NCBI GenBank assembly: GCA_035499655.1
Contig: DATJYL010000197.1
Span: 25,255 to 89,254, forward strand
Origin: Pirellulales bacterium
Lineage (GTDB): Bacteria > Planctomycetota > Planctomycetia > Pirellulales > JADZDJ01
Direction of reading: 5' to 3'
DNA length: 64,000 nt
Shown here: positions 45,428-55,443 of the stretch, piece after piece
How the letters are laid out: each line of letters opens with the position of its first letter
Numbering within the stretch: the first letter of the stretch is position 1
Made by a program: the position numbers and the translations under genes
The notes under the pieces: model-generated
Database searches by the model: none
Seen by the model: only the letters and a program-made list of their open reading frames with translations
What the model was told of the DNA's origin: nothing

Positions 45428-46174
45428 ATGTTCACTAATAGATCGCCCCTATTCCCTAGTTCTGGTTCCGATTACGCTGACATGATCCGTCCGTTGAATA
45501 ACGACTGGGATTCGCCACGGCCATTTTGGTGGCCGTTGGTCGTACGCTGGAGAGATGCCGTGAACGGGTCGACCAAAATGCCCGATCGATGGATGCTGTG
45601 GGTCGATGCGGTCGGCAGCTATCTGGTGTGCAAGAACAACGAAGTGGCGCTGGGCCAGCCGGCCACCAACGGTGCGGCGCCAGACGTGCCGATTTTGGGT
45701 GATTTATCGCGGCGGCAGGCGGTGATTCGCCGGGAAGGAGAAACCTACACCATCGAAGCTTTGCGGTCTGTGCGGGTCGACGGAAAAGCCGTGACTCGCA
45801 CGGCACCGCTGTGGGATGGTAGTACGATAGAGTTAGGCGGCGGCGTGCGATTGCGGTTTCGTCGGCCGCACCCGCTGAGCGCGACAGCCCGGCTGGAGTT
45901 TGCCAGTCCGCATCGGACTCAGCCTTCCACCAACGGCGTGCTATTGATGGCGGAGGCTTGCATATTGGGCCCGGCCGCAACAAGCCACGTGGTGGCGCCG
46001 CAATGGCGGCACGAGGTGGTGCTGTTTCGGCAGGCCGACGAGCTGGGTTGCCGCACTTCGGCAAAGATTATGATTGACGGAACAACTAAGACGGCAGAGC
46101 GCTGCGTTTTGAAATCAGGATCGCGCGTGGAAGGAGAAGAATTTGCGTTTTCGTTAGAGCCGCTAAAACAGTGA
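45428..46174 (+). CDS. FHA-domain protein
   Basis: FHA-like core LGQPATNGAAPDVPILGDLSRRQAVIRREGETYTIEALRSVRVDGKAVTRTAPLWDGSTIELGGGVRLRF. A second weaker FHA-like half follows. It lies immediately upstream of a Ser/Thr kinase. Confidence 0.65.
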   Translation: MFTNRSPLFPSSGSDYADMIRPLNNDWDSPRPFWWPLVVRWRDAVNGSTKMPDRWMLWVDAVGSYLVCKNNEVALGQPATNGAAPDVPILGDLSRRQAVIRREGETYTIEALRSVRVDGKAVTRTAPLWDGSTIELGGGVRLRFRRPHPLSATARLEFASPHRTQPSTNGVLLMAEACILGPAATSHVVAPQWRHEVVLFRQADELGCRTSAKIMIDGTTKTAERCVLKSGSRVEGEEFAFSLEPLKQ

Positions 46175-46284
46175 CGATTTGCTTTGACTTCGTGGTATTA
46201 GCAAAAGTTATCAGGCCTTGCGATAATAAAGAATCCTTTGATTTGGCTGGCCGCTGATTGCAGAGCGGAACGCCACTTCCCGCC

Positions 46285-48432
46285 ATGAATTTACAAGCCA
46301 CGCAACCGCACGAAAGCAAACCGGACGGAGCCGCCAACGCACCCAGTTCGGCCGCCGCCGCGACGGGGCGCTTCACGTATGCCAGCGGAGCGCGCCCTTT
46401 ACCGGGATACACCATCAAGCGCGGCATCGGGCACGGCGGCTTTGGCGAAGTGTACTATGCGACCAGCGATGCGGGCAAAGAGGTGGCCCTGAAGCTGATC
46501 CGCCACAATTGGGATGTCGAGCTGCGCGGCGTTACCCAGTGCTTAAACCTCAAGCACCCCAATTTGCTGGCGCTGTACGACGTCAAGCAGGATGCTCAAG
46601 GAGACAACTGGGTCGTCATGGAATTGATGTCCGGCGAGTCGCTGGAAGAAGTGCTTGCCAGAAATCCCAATGGCTTGCATCTGCCCGAAACGCTGGCTTG
46701 GATTCACGGCATTGCCGCGGGCGTCGCCTATTTGCACGATCACGGCATTGTGCACCGCGATCTGAAGCCGGGCAATATTTTTGTCGACGAAGGAATCGTC
46801 AAAATCGGCGACTACGGTTTGTCAAAATTTATGTCGTGCAGCCGTCGGAGCGGGCAAACCGGCAGCGTGGGCACCGTGCATTACATGGCGCCGGAAATCG
46901 CCAATGGGCGGTATGGCAAGGAAATCGACATATATGCCCTGGGCATCATTTTGTACGAAATGCTGACCGGTCACGTGCCGTTTGAGGGCGAAAGTGTCGG
47001 CGAGATTTTGATGAAGCACTTGACAGCTGAGCCCGACTTGAGCCGCTTGGACGAACCGTATCGCACGATCATTTCGCGATTGCTGGCCAAAGATCCGCAA
47101 CAGCGCTTTAGCACGGTGCACGAGTTGATCGACATGTTGCCCCCTGTGCCGGCCGGCGCCGCCTTAACTGCGGGTGCGCGGTTTGCGGGCCCTGCCATTG
47201 CCATGGGAGAGCGGCCCGCGGCAAATGCTGGGGCAGCCATTGGTGGAGCGGCAGTCCAATCGACTGGGTTTTCGTTGGCGCCGGAAATTGCCGGAGCAAA
47301 TGCCACACAACCAGCCCCGGCGGCCGGTTCGGCAAAAGTTCAACCCACTGCACCAGAGGATCCAGTTGCCCGATGGGCGCGCGAAACCAAGAGCGATTTC
47401 AGCGCGTGGTGGAAGCGAAAGAATTTCAAGCCGTGGCAAAAGCTGCTGATCTTGGGGGCCGGATTGTATGTGCTGTTTTTCTTTGCTGAATCTTCGGCCG
47501 GACTGATTGAACAAGGCCGCACGAGGACCACCTTCGGCGAATTCCTGCTGGTGGTGGGCGTGATTTATTGGCTGTACCGAAAAAATCAAGCAAAGAAAGC
47601 AGCTGGCAGTTCTTCTCAGAAAACCGCACCGCCGATTTTTCAGATGACGTACGGAGCGAACCAGCCCAATGCTACGGCTCCAGCTCCTGAGAACGCACAA
47701 CAACCTGCTTCCGCCAATGCAACGCTGCGCGTAAGCCCGACCAGGCGGCGGTGGCAGAAGATCTCCGACACCCCGCTCTACACCCCCGGTACACCACGAG
47801 AACGATTTACACAGCTTCTGGGCTCAATGTTGCTGGCGGCGCTGGCTTGCCTGGTTGTTGGATTGGTCGTCATGATTTTGCGCGGCGAAACGCCCGATCC
47901 GGTGCAATTTATGTGGCTGGCTTCGTCGGCCGTGCTAGGATCGTGGGCGGTATTAGTTCCCGCCAAATTTTGGGAGGGGAGGCGCGGCGATCCGGTGCTG
48001 CGCCGCTTTGTCATGCTCATCATTGGGTTGGTTTACGCCGTGGCATCGTTTGGTTTGGCGGCATGGCTGGCGGTGCCCCTGCATTTCGATTCCAGAATGG
48101 GCGATATTCCCGCCACCGCTTTAGTGAACAACTTTTTCGATAGCATAGGTTCGCCGCGCATGGTTGCGTTTTTAGCCTATTTTGGCTTTCTGTTCGTGTT
48201 TGTTCGCTGGTGGCGGCTGGCCGATCCACTGCGCAGCACGCGCCTGAGCATTTGGCACACGGCGGTCACGCTGTTTTGTGCCTTCTTAATCGGTTTGTTC
48301 TGGCCTTTTCCGCAGCCTTGGGGATGGATGCTAACGGTCACCATCGCCATTGCCGTGCAATTGGCCAGTCCCTGGTTGACGGTTGCCGAGCGGGCCAAGC
48401 TGCCGCGCCCACTGCCGGAGATGAATCCATGA
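46285..48432 (+). CDS. Hanks-type Ser/Thr protein kinase fused to a ~8-TM C-terminal membrane domain
   Basis: GHGGFGEVYYA, VALKLI, HRDLKPGNIF, DYGLSK, GTVHYMAPE. An A/P-rich linker and multiple hydrophobic helices follow. Confidence 0.9.
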   Translation: MNLQATQPHESKPDGAANAPSSAAAATGRFTYASGARPLPGYTIKRGIGHGGFGEVYYATSDAGKEVALKLIRHNWDVELRGVTQCLNLKHPNLLALYDVKQDAQGDNWVVMELMSGESLEEVLARNPNGLHLPETLAWIHGIAAGVAYLHDHGIVHRDLKPGNIFVDEGIVKIGDYGLSKFMSCSRRSGQTGSVGTVHYMAPEIANGRYGKEIDIYALGIILYEMLTGHVPFEGESVGEILMKHLTAEPDLSRLDEPYRTIISRLLAKDPQQRFSTVHELIDMLPPVPAGAALTAGARFAGPAIAMGERPAANAGAAIGGAAVQSTGFSLAPEIAGANATQPAPAAGSAKVQPTAPEDPVARWARETKSDFSAWWKRKNFKPWQKLLILGAGLYVLFFFAESSAGLIEQGRTRTTFGEFLLVVGVIYWLYRKNQAKKAAGSSSQKTAPPIFQMTYGANQPNATAPAPENAQQPASANATLRVSPTRRRWQKISDTPLYTPGTPRERFTQLLGSMLLAALACLVVGLVVMILRGETPDPVQFMWLASSAVLGSWAVLVPAKFWEGRRGDPVLRRFVMLIIGLVYAVASFGLAAWLAVPLHFDSRMGDIPATALVNNFFDSIGSPRMVAFLAYFGFLFVFVRWWRLADPLRSTRLSIWHTAVTLFCAFLIGLFWPFPQPWGWMLTVTIAIAVQLASPWLTVAERAKLPRPLPEMNP

Positions 48433-49373
48433 ACATGTTCCTGTTTGCATCGCCGATGTTACTGGCGCAGCAGCCCGGCATCGTAAAGCTGATGCTGATC
48501 ATCGGCGCGGTGCTGTTGGCCGTGTTTGTTTTTAAGCTTTGTTGTTTTACCATCCATCTGCTGTTTCATCCGCATGGTCTCGGACTTTTTGCGGTGTTCA
48601 TTGTGTTGCTGCTAATGTTGTGGGGATTCGTGGGAGTGCAGTCACACTCAAAGGTGGAGCAGCCAGGACCTGTTGCGGTCATGAATCCGCCCAACATCGT
48701 GGTGAATCCTCCCAACCAAGTATTCATAGATAATTTCCGCGGACCAACCATTGCGGCCAATGCCCAGAAGACAACTCCGCGCGATGCGGCTGTCTCTCAT
48801 CCGAGCGAAAACACGAATGACCCGTTAGCGGCAGCCGATCACCCGAGCGAAGCCGAATCGAAAGCAACGAAAAACGCTGATTCCAATTCCAATACGCCGC
48901 CAGATTGGATCAGCCAGTCGCCCCGTCGTCATGGCGAAGATTGGATTTACGTCGTGCATTTGGATGCCGCTGATAACAATCCGGCGGTGCGCGACGAAAT
49001 GCTCGCTGCAAAAATGGTTTTGGCGGCCGATCAGGTGATCGACGAGCAATTGTATCCGGGCGAAGGTCGATCAAAAATCGTGAACATCGATGCCGAATAC
49101 CTGCGGGCCCACTGCAAGGGGCTGACCTATCCGGTTTCTGATACGGCCAGCATGGGCAAGGAGTTTTACGTACAGTTAGTATTCGACAAGAAATTTCGCG
49201 ACGAAGTGGAACGGCGCTACTCTCAAATTGTGGGCTGGGATCATTTGCAGCAGCTGGGCGACATGGCCGCGATTAGCCTGGCAATGTTGGGGGGTGTTTA
49301 CATTTACTTGCGGATGACTGCCGCCAAGTCTGCGGCCCGCATGGAACTTGAAGAGACGGCTGCGAAAACATAG
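48429..49373 (+). CDS. Hypothetical membrane protein translationally coupled to the kinase
   Basis: Its ATG overlaps the kinase stop (ATGA). There are two N-terminal TMs, a soluble middle part and one C-terminal TM (AAISLAMLGGVYIYL). Confidence 0.6.
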   Translation: MNMFLFASPMLLAQQPGIVKLMLIIGAVLLAVFVFKLCCFTIHLLFHPHGLGLFAVFIVLLLMLWGFVGVQSHSKVEQPGPVAVMNPPNIVVNPPNQVFIDNFRGPTIAANAQKTTPRDAAVSHPSENTNDPLAAADHPSEAESKATKNADSNSNTPPDWISQSPRRHGEDWIYVVHLDAADNNPAVRDEMLAAKMVLAADQVIDEQLYPGEGRSKIVNIDAEYLRAHCKGLTYPVSDTASMGKEFYVQLVFDKKFRDEVERRYSQIVGWDHLQQLGDMAAISLAMLGGVYIYLRMTAAKSAARMELEETAAKT

Positions 49374-49396
49374 ACTCGCCGAACGCATCGGATTTT

Positions 49397-49422
49397 GTAA
49401 CACCACACATTGACGATCCGTC
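49397..49422 (+). promoter_or_regulatory. ECF-type promoter-like motif GTAAC-N17-CGTC directly upstream of the ECF sigma gene
   Basis: GTAAC (49397-49401), a 17-nt spacer, then CGTC (49419-49422). The CGTC abuts the ATG at 49423, and a second in-frame ATG lies at 49432. Confidence 0.3.
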
Positions 49423-50076
49423 ATGGTTGCCATGCCCGCCGCCGAGGCTGTGCTTGTCGAGCAGATTCGCGCCGGAAACGATGCGGCGTGGAACGAACTG
49501 ATTGCGCGGTACGAAGGGCGGTTGCTGGCGTTCGTCGAAAGCCGCCTCCACCGCCGGGACGCCGCCGAAGACGTAGTGCAGGAAACATTGATTGGTTTTC
49601 TGACCAGTCTGCCGAATTACGATCCGACCCGTTCGCTGGAAAGTTACATGTTCTCGATCGCAGCCCATAAGCTCACCGATCACCTCAGGCGCGAGGGGCG
49701 TCGGCCGGCGCTGCCGCTTTCGACATTGGAATCAAGCAGCGGGGGCTGGAACCTGCCCGGCAAAGACCGCCCGGCCAGCTCGTTGATGCGCAGCGGTGAA
49801 CGGCGCGAATTGGAAACCGCGGCCTTGGCGGCCGCCATGCGCGAACAAATCGACCGTTGGCGGAGCCGCGGCGAATGGTGGAAAATCTGCTGCGCCGAAT
49901 TGCTTTTCGTGCGGGGCTGGAGCAATAAAGACGTGGCCGCCAAACTAAACATTACCGAACAGCAAGTGGCCAACCAAAAGTTTGATTTTCTGGCCCGACT
50001 GCGCACACTGCTGGAACGTCAGAACCTTTCCGCCGCCGTGTTTCCGGAACTCAACTCGTTGGAAAAAGGCGAATGA
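49423..50076 (+). CDS. ECF-subfamily RNA polymerase sigma-70 factor
   Basis: Region 2: AWNELIARYEGRLLAFVESRL..DAAEDVVQETLIGFL. Region 4 HTH: WSNKDVAAKLNITEQQVANQKF. Confidence 0.85.
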   Translation: MVAMPAAEAVLVEQIRAGNDAAWNELIARYEGRLLAFVESRLHRRDAAEDVVQETLIGFLTSLPNYDPTRSLESYMFSIAAHKLTDHLRREGRRPALPLSTLESSSGGWNLPGKDRPASSLMRSGERRELETAALAAAMREQIDRWRSRGEWWKICCAELLFVRGWSNKDVAAKLNITEQQVANQKFDFLARLRTLLERQNLSAAVFPELNSLEKGE

Positions 50077-50088
50077 ATTGCCGAGCTT

Positions 50089-50508
50089 ATGTTCACTCCA
50101 GCCGATCTTATCGCCTACCTTGACGAAGCGCTGCCTGTGGAAAGCATGGCTGCGATTGAAGAGGCACTGCGCCATGATCCGAAATTGACGCAGCAACTTA
50201 CCGAGATGGTCGCCCGCCGCGATTCGGGCGTGCATTCGTTGGGCGAAATTTGGCGTCGTTACCGCCTGAGTTGCCCCAGCCGAGAACAATTGGGCAGCCA
50301 GTTGTTGGGCATTTTGCTCGAAGAGGAGAGCGGCTTCATTAACTTCCACATCGAAACCGTGGGATGCCGATATTGCCAGGCTAATTTAGGCGACCTGAAA
50401 CTCCAGCAGAGCGCCGCTGCCGACCATGCTGCTGTCGACCGAGCAAACTCACGCCGCAAAAAATATTTCCAATCCAGCGCCGGCCATTTGCACGCTGCCA
50501 AGGGTTGA
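50089..50508 (+). CDS. Putative anti-sigma factor (zf-HC2-like, no TM)
   Basis: It lies 12 nt downstream of the ECF sigma gene. The N-terminus LIAYLDEALPVESMAAIEEALRHDPKL resembles an anti-sigma N-terminus. There is also a Cys motif, CRYCQ. Confidence 0.5.
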   Translation: MFTPADLIAYLDEALPVESMAAIEEALRHDPKLTQQLTEMVARRDSGVHSLGEIWRRYRLSCPSREQLGSQLLGILLEEESGFINFHIETVGCRYCQANLGDLKLQQSAAADHAAVDRANSRRKKYFQSSAGHLHAAKG

Positions 50509-50702
50509 TGCCAAGCGGCCAATTGACGCTGCCTGCGCGGACCGGATAAACTGAACAGGTTTGCTGGAAAAATCGACTGGATTTCTAGGGTTTTTCCGGG
50601 CAATCAGGTTCAGCGAACAAGCCTATTTCTCGCAGCTACACTTGTGTATCCGACATCAGAAGCAAAACACAACCCCCTTCGGACAAAGGACGCGAAATCA
50701 TC

Positions 50703-52805
50703 ATGTCCACCACAACTGAAACTGCTGCGGCCGGAAACAGCGGCCCCGCTATCGAAACGGCCAATCTCGATCTGCTCACCATCAACACGATTCGCACTTT
50801 GGCGATGGATGGCGTGCAAAAAGCCAACAGCGGCCATCCCGGCACTCCCATGGCGCTGGCGCCGGTGGCCTACACGCTGTGGCAGCATGTGCTGCGGTAT
50901 GATCCGGAAAACCCCGATTGGCCCAATCGCGATCGGTTTGTGCTTTCTTGCGGTCACGCTTCGATGTTGCTGTATTCGCTGTTGCACCTGGCCGGTGTTC
51001 AACAATTGGACGAGCATGGACAGCCAACCGGCGAGTTGGCCGTCACGCTCGATCAACTCAAGCAATTTCGCCAACTGCACAGCCGCACGCCCGGGCATCC
51101 GGAAGCCGTTGATACCAGCGGCGTGGAAACGACCACCGGTCCGCTCGGTCAGGGCTGCGGGAACAGCGTGGGCATGGCGATTGCTTCGCGCTGGTTGGCG
51201 GCGCATTTTAATCAGCCCGATTTTGAGTTGTTCGATTTCAATGTGTTCACGCTGTGCAGCGACGGCGATTTAATGGAAGGCGTTTCGAACGAAGCCGCCT
51301 CGATTGCCGGCCACCTCAAGCTTTCGAATTTGTGCTGGATTTACGACGACAACCACATCACGATCGAGGGCAATACCGAAATCGCCTACACCGACGACGT
51401 GGCCACGCGCTTCAAAGGCCTGGGCTGGAATGTCATCCGCTGCCCCGACGCCAACGATACGGAAGCGTTGCTCAAGGCGTACAAAAAATTCCTCCGCACC
51501 AAAGACAAACCCACGATGATCATCGTCCGCAGCCACATTGGCTACGGCTCGCCCCACAAGCAAGATACCAACAAGGCTCACGGCGAACCGCTGGGCGCCG
51601 ACGAAGTTCGGCTCACGAAAGAAGTCTATGGTTGGCCCGCCGACGCACAATTTTTGGTGCCCGAGGAAGCGCGGCAGAACTTCCAAGCCGGCGTTGCCGC
51701 CCGCGGCAAAAAGTTGCACAAAAAATGGCAAGCGAAATTCAAAAAATACGCCAAGCAATTTCCTGAGCTGGCCGCACAGTGGCAATTGATGGAGCGCCGT
51801 GAATTGCCCGCCGATTGGGATGCCGGCATCCCGACTTTCGCCCCCGACGCCAAAGGGTTGGCCACGCGAGTTTCCGGCGGCAAAGTGCTGAATGCCGTGG
51901 CGCAGCGCGTGCCGTGGCTATTGGGGGGCGCTGCTGATTTGGCCCCCTCGACCATGACGCTGCAAACGTTCGAAGGCTCCTCGGCTTTTTCGCCAGAGAA
52001 TTACGGCGGCCGCAATTTCCATTTTGGCATTCGCGAACACGGTATGGCGGCGGCGCTTAACGGCATGGCGCTGTCCAAGCTCCGTCCCTACGGGGCCACG
52101 TTTTTCTGCTTTTTCGATTATTGCAAGCCTTCATTCCGCTTGAGCGCGATCGGCCATTTGCCGGCCATTTACATTTTCACGCACGACAGCATCGGCCTGG
52201 GTGAAGATGGACCCACGCATCAGCCCATCGAACATTTGGCTGCCATTCGGGCTGTCCCCCGGGCCGTTGTCATTCGCCCCGGCGATGCCAACGAAGCGGC
52301 CGAAGCGTGGCGAACCACAATGAACATCGGAGATCGTCCCGTTGCGCTAATTCTCACGCGTCAGAATTTGCCGACGCTCGATCGGACCAAATACGCTGCG
52401 GCCAGCGGCTTGGCCAAAGGCGCTTATACCTTAATCGATGCGCAAGGGAGCAAGCCACGCGTGATTTTAATCGGCACCGGCAGCGAAGTTTCCACTTGCG
52501 TAGCGGCTTTCGAACAACTTGCCTCGCAAGGTATTGCGGCCCGGGTGGTCAGCATGCCCTCGTGGGAACTGTTCGAAATGCAAGACGAAGCTTATCGCAA
52601 CAGCGTGCTGCCGCCAGACGTCACCGCCCGCGTGGCCTGCGAGGCGGGCATTCGTCAAGGTTGGGACCGCTACATTGGCAGAGAGGGACGCTTTGTGGGC
52701 ATGGACAGTTACGGCGCCAGCGCTCCCGGCCCTGCGTGCTACAAAAACTTCCACATTACACCGGAACATGTCGTGGAGGAAGCGAAAGCGGCCATCGGAA
52801 TGTAG
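50703..52805 (+). CDS. tkt: Transketolase
   Basis: SGHPGTPMALAPVAYTLW, the ThDP motif GDGDLMEGVSNEA, HFGIREHGM and GEDGPTHQPIEHLA. Length is 700 aa. Confidence 0.95.
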   Translation: MSTTTETAAAGNSGPAIETANLDLLTINTIRTLAMDGVQKANSGHPGTPMALAPVAYTLWQHVLRYDPENPDWPNRDRFVLSCGHASMLLYSLLHLAGVQQLDEHGQPTGELAVTLDQLKQFRQLHSRTPGHPEAVDTSGVETTTGPLGQGCGNSVGMAIASRWLAAHFNQPDFELFDFNVFTLCSDGDLMEGVSNEAASIAGHLKLSNLCWIYDDNHITIEGNTEIAYTDDVATRFKGLGWNVIRCPDANDTEALLKAYKKFLRTKDKPTMIIVRSHIGYGSPHKQDTNKAHGEPLGADEVRLTKEVYGWPADAQFLVPEEARQNFQAGVAARGKKLHKKWQAKFKKYAKQFPELAAQWQLMERRELPADWDAGIPTFAPDAKGLATRVSGGKVLNAVAQRVPWLLGGAADLAPSTMTLQTFEGSSAFSPENYGGRNFHFGIREHGMAAALNGMALSKLRPYGATFFCFFDYCKPSFRLSAIGHLPAIYIFTHDSIGLGEDGPTHQPIEHLAAIRAVPRAVVIRPGDANEAAEAWRTTMNIGDRPVALILTRQNLPTLDRTKYAAASGLAKGAYTLIDAQGSKPRVILIGTGSEVSTCVAAFEQLASQGIAARVVSMPSWELFEMQDEAYRNSVLPPDVTARVACEAGIRQGWDRYIGREGRFVGMDSYGASAPGPACYKNFHITPEHVVEEAKAAIGM

Positions 52806-52961
52806 GCTTCCGTGCTGGATTCTCAGCGTGTTTCAATCTGCATCACACAGCTTTAAGCAAGCACGGCGGCTCGTGGACAGAAGCCCGCTTGATTGAGTGG
52901 CCACAGTAGCGGGTTCGTCGCTCTTTTCCGATGAGATGGATGAGAAACGGCCGAATCTCTG

Positions 52962-55214
52962 CTATGGTTTTCTTTTGATAGAGCGGCTTAGAAAAATCAT
53001 TGAACCGATTGCCAACAGCGCCAGCGACGTGGGCTCGGGCACCACAAACACCAACGGTGCGCTTAGGCCCGTGGAGTCGCCGGAGGCCGTTTGGGTATTA
53101 GAGCCGGTGATGTAATCGTAGTCGAACCAACCGGTGGCACTAGGATTGGCGGAAGTATTGGTAATTTCCATGCGCATGGCATCGTACATTACGCCGTCGT
53201 TTTGGCTCACGCCGAATGTAAATTCATTGTCGGTCCCGGCGGCATTCAAATCCGAAGTGGGATACTGGAAAGCCAAAAACTTGTACACGCCGGCTACTCC
53301 GCTGCGGACCATGGGATCGCTGTTGCTGCCGCCGAAGTGCCAGATCTCGGTATGGCCATTGAGCGTAACGATCAAACTGGCCTCATTAGCGGCCAGGCCG
53401 ACCGATAAAACCACGTATTGCCCCTGGTTTAATTGAGCGCTGGTGGTGGTGAAGTGAATTTCCCAGGGCGAACCCGTATACATGCTTGGGCCGCCACCGG
53501 CCGTCACGTAGGCGGGAACCAACGTCGGATACAAGTCTTTAGAATTGTCGGCCGGATTATACAGGGCGGGATTGAACAAACCCCATTGATTGGCAATCCA
53601 TTTGTTGGGATCGTTGGTGGCCGGCGTGCTGCCGACGGCTGTGGCGTAATACACCACCTTGCCGTTATTGCCCAAATCAGCCATTTCCTGCCAGTAGTTA
53701 TACGATCCGTAATAATTTCGATTGTCGGCGCCGGTGGCGGTATGCCCGTTCAGGAATTCGTTGGCGGATCGGTTCGGAGTGCCTAGCGTCCAAATGGGAG
53801 CCGCCGTGCCGAAGTTTTCCGGCGTGAACTTTACATTTTGCGGAATGGTTATCAGGTTGGCTTTGACTTGCACGCCGTCGACGCGGGTTTCGCCCCATTG
53901 GCCGTACTCGTAAATGCTCATCCGGTAAGTGCCCGGGGCAATTCCCGAAATCGACGCCGTGCCGTTGGAGTTTACCTGCGCCCAATACTGATACCCCTGG
54001 TGCGATTCCTGAAAGTTGGTGTTGGGGTCCGAAAGCACCAGCGTATTATTGTTGACGTTATTGCTCCAGCCGGCGGAATTTCCAAGGGATATCTGCAACG
54101 AACCACGCTGCGTGGAAGAAACGTAGCCGTTGGCCAGCAGGGTAGAATCCGTATCGTACAACGGAATGTACGACGAGGCCGAGTTGATGGCGTCTTGGTA
54201 AAGCTGCGCAGGCGTTTCGCCGTTGGTGGGCGTCACCCGGAATACGTACGGGCCAAACAGCCGGCTGCTGTCGACACCCTGCGGTGGAACATAGGAATAG
54301 TTACTGTCGCCATAATGGCCCGACAAAAACTCCACCATCAAAATGTTGTTGGTAAACATCAAGTTTTGCTTGGTCGGACCGCCGGTCATGGTCTCTTTGG
54401 AAGGGAGGACAGTGGAAACAGCGTAGTTGGGCCCCACTTCGGTTTGCCCCTGCCAAAACTGGGTGTAGGAGGAATAGTCGTACTTGTTCAAGAAATTACG
54501 GCCGATCAACTGCTCCAGATCGGCGTCGCCATTCAAATCGAGCACTTCCGCTAAATCCAAGCGATTGGCATTGCCGTAACCGGTGGAACTGCCATTGAGT
54601 TCCGCCAATTGGGCCGTCGTGGTGGGCAAATTGGTGACCGTTGCGCCGGGGTTATTGGGGCCGGTGTTGAACTGGTACAGCGTAGAAAACTTCGTTGGGT
54701 CGACCCGCATTAAAAACTGCCCCTGGCCGATGCTGGTGGCAGGATCCGTCGACGCATGGCTCACCTCTTCATACATATGAATCGCCGGATCGTTATTAAA
54801 CATCACGTAATGAAACGAATAGGTGATGGGATTGGTGGGGTTGCCGGAAGAGTTCAAGGTTAGGTTGGATTGCGTGGTGGTCCAGAAGTCAATGTAATTG
54901 CTGGTCTGCTGAAAATTGGCCGTCATGGTGCCGCTGCCAAAGGGCGTGCCGGCAAATTCCGGGTACAGCTTGGAATTGCTGGGATCCAAAATGTTGTCGC
55001 TGTGGCCGGCCACCACGAGGCTGGTAATGTCGGAGCCGGTGGTGCTAAACGTAGCGGTCAGCGCGCCGTTGGAAATAATCCAGTTGTTTCCGCTAACGGT
55101 GCGCGTGATGGCCGCATGGGACACTTGGATCAGACCCAAAGCGCCGCCAAAAAAGAAGATTGTGCACACAACGAGATGGAAACACGGCGCATGGCTGTGA
55201 CCCGCCCTTCTCAT
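52962..55214 (-). CDS. PEP-CTERM-anchored secreted protein, rhamnogalacturonan-lyase (PL4)-like
   Basis: Signal-like N-terminus after ATG 55214. The central segment ISGIAPGTYRMSIYEYGQWGETRVDGVQV and the C-terminal beta-sandwich-like part resemble PL4 lyases from memory. The C-terminus is VVPEPTSLALLAIGSMIFLSRSIKRK (PEP-CTERM). Confidence 0.6.
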   Translation of the reverse strand: MRRAGHSHAPCFHLVVCTIFFFGGALGLIQVSHAAITRTVSGNNWIISNGALTATFSTTGSDITSLVVAGHSDNILDPSNSKLYPEFAGTPFGSGTMTANFQQTSNYIDFWTTTQSNLTLNSSGNPTNPITYSFHYVMFNNDPAIHMYEEVSHASTDPATSIGQGQFLMRVDPTKFSTLYQFNTGPNNPGATVTNLPTTTAQLAELNGSSTGYGNANRLDLAEVLDLNGDADLEQLIGRNFLNKYDYSSYTQFWQGQTEVGPNYAVSTVLPSKETMTGGPTKQNLMFTNNILMVEFLSGHYGDSNYSYVPPQGVDSSRLFGPYVFRVTPTNGETPAQLYQDAINSASSYIPLYDTDSTLLANGYVSSTQRGSLQISLGNSAGWSNNVNNNTLVLSDPNTNFQESHQGYQYWAQVNSNGTASISGIAPGTYRMSIYEYGQWGETRVDGVQVKANLITIPQNVKFTPENFGTAAPIWTLGTPNRSANEFLNGHTATGADNRNYYGSYNYWQEMADLGNNGKVVYYATAVGSTPATNDPNKWIANQWGLFNPALYNPADNSKDLYPTLVPAYVTAGGGPSMYTGSPWEIHFTTTSAQLNQGQYVVLSVGLAANEASLIVTLNGHTEIWHFGGSNSDPMVRSGVAGVYKFLAFQYPTSDLNAAGTDNEFTFGVSQNDGVMYDAMRMEITNTSANPSATGWFDYDYITGSNTQTASGDSTGLSAPLVFVVPEPTSLALLAIGSMIFLSRSIKRKP

Positions 55215-55443
55215 TTCCGCAACTCCGAGACTTTTCAATGCGAAAGATTGCGGCCCCCCTGAGGTCATCAGTATAAAGTGTGTAGTTGCATGGGTCCAGG
55301 ATTTTTCCGAGATTCCTTGGACTTCCTGGCCCCTTTGGAGTGCTGCAATTTTTGCGGAGTTTCGACATTGGCTTGCCCAGCTCGATCAGACTGCAGCTAG
55401 ACCAAGCTAAGTCTTTTCCGGGAGGGTGCTTAGCATCGAACGA

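Noticed and set aside
50644-51273. 209-aa ORF overlapping the tkt 5' region, plus other alternate-frame ORFs within tkt
   Set aside because: These alternative-frame products are C/R/W/P-rich and motif-less, and the transketolase frame is unambiguous.
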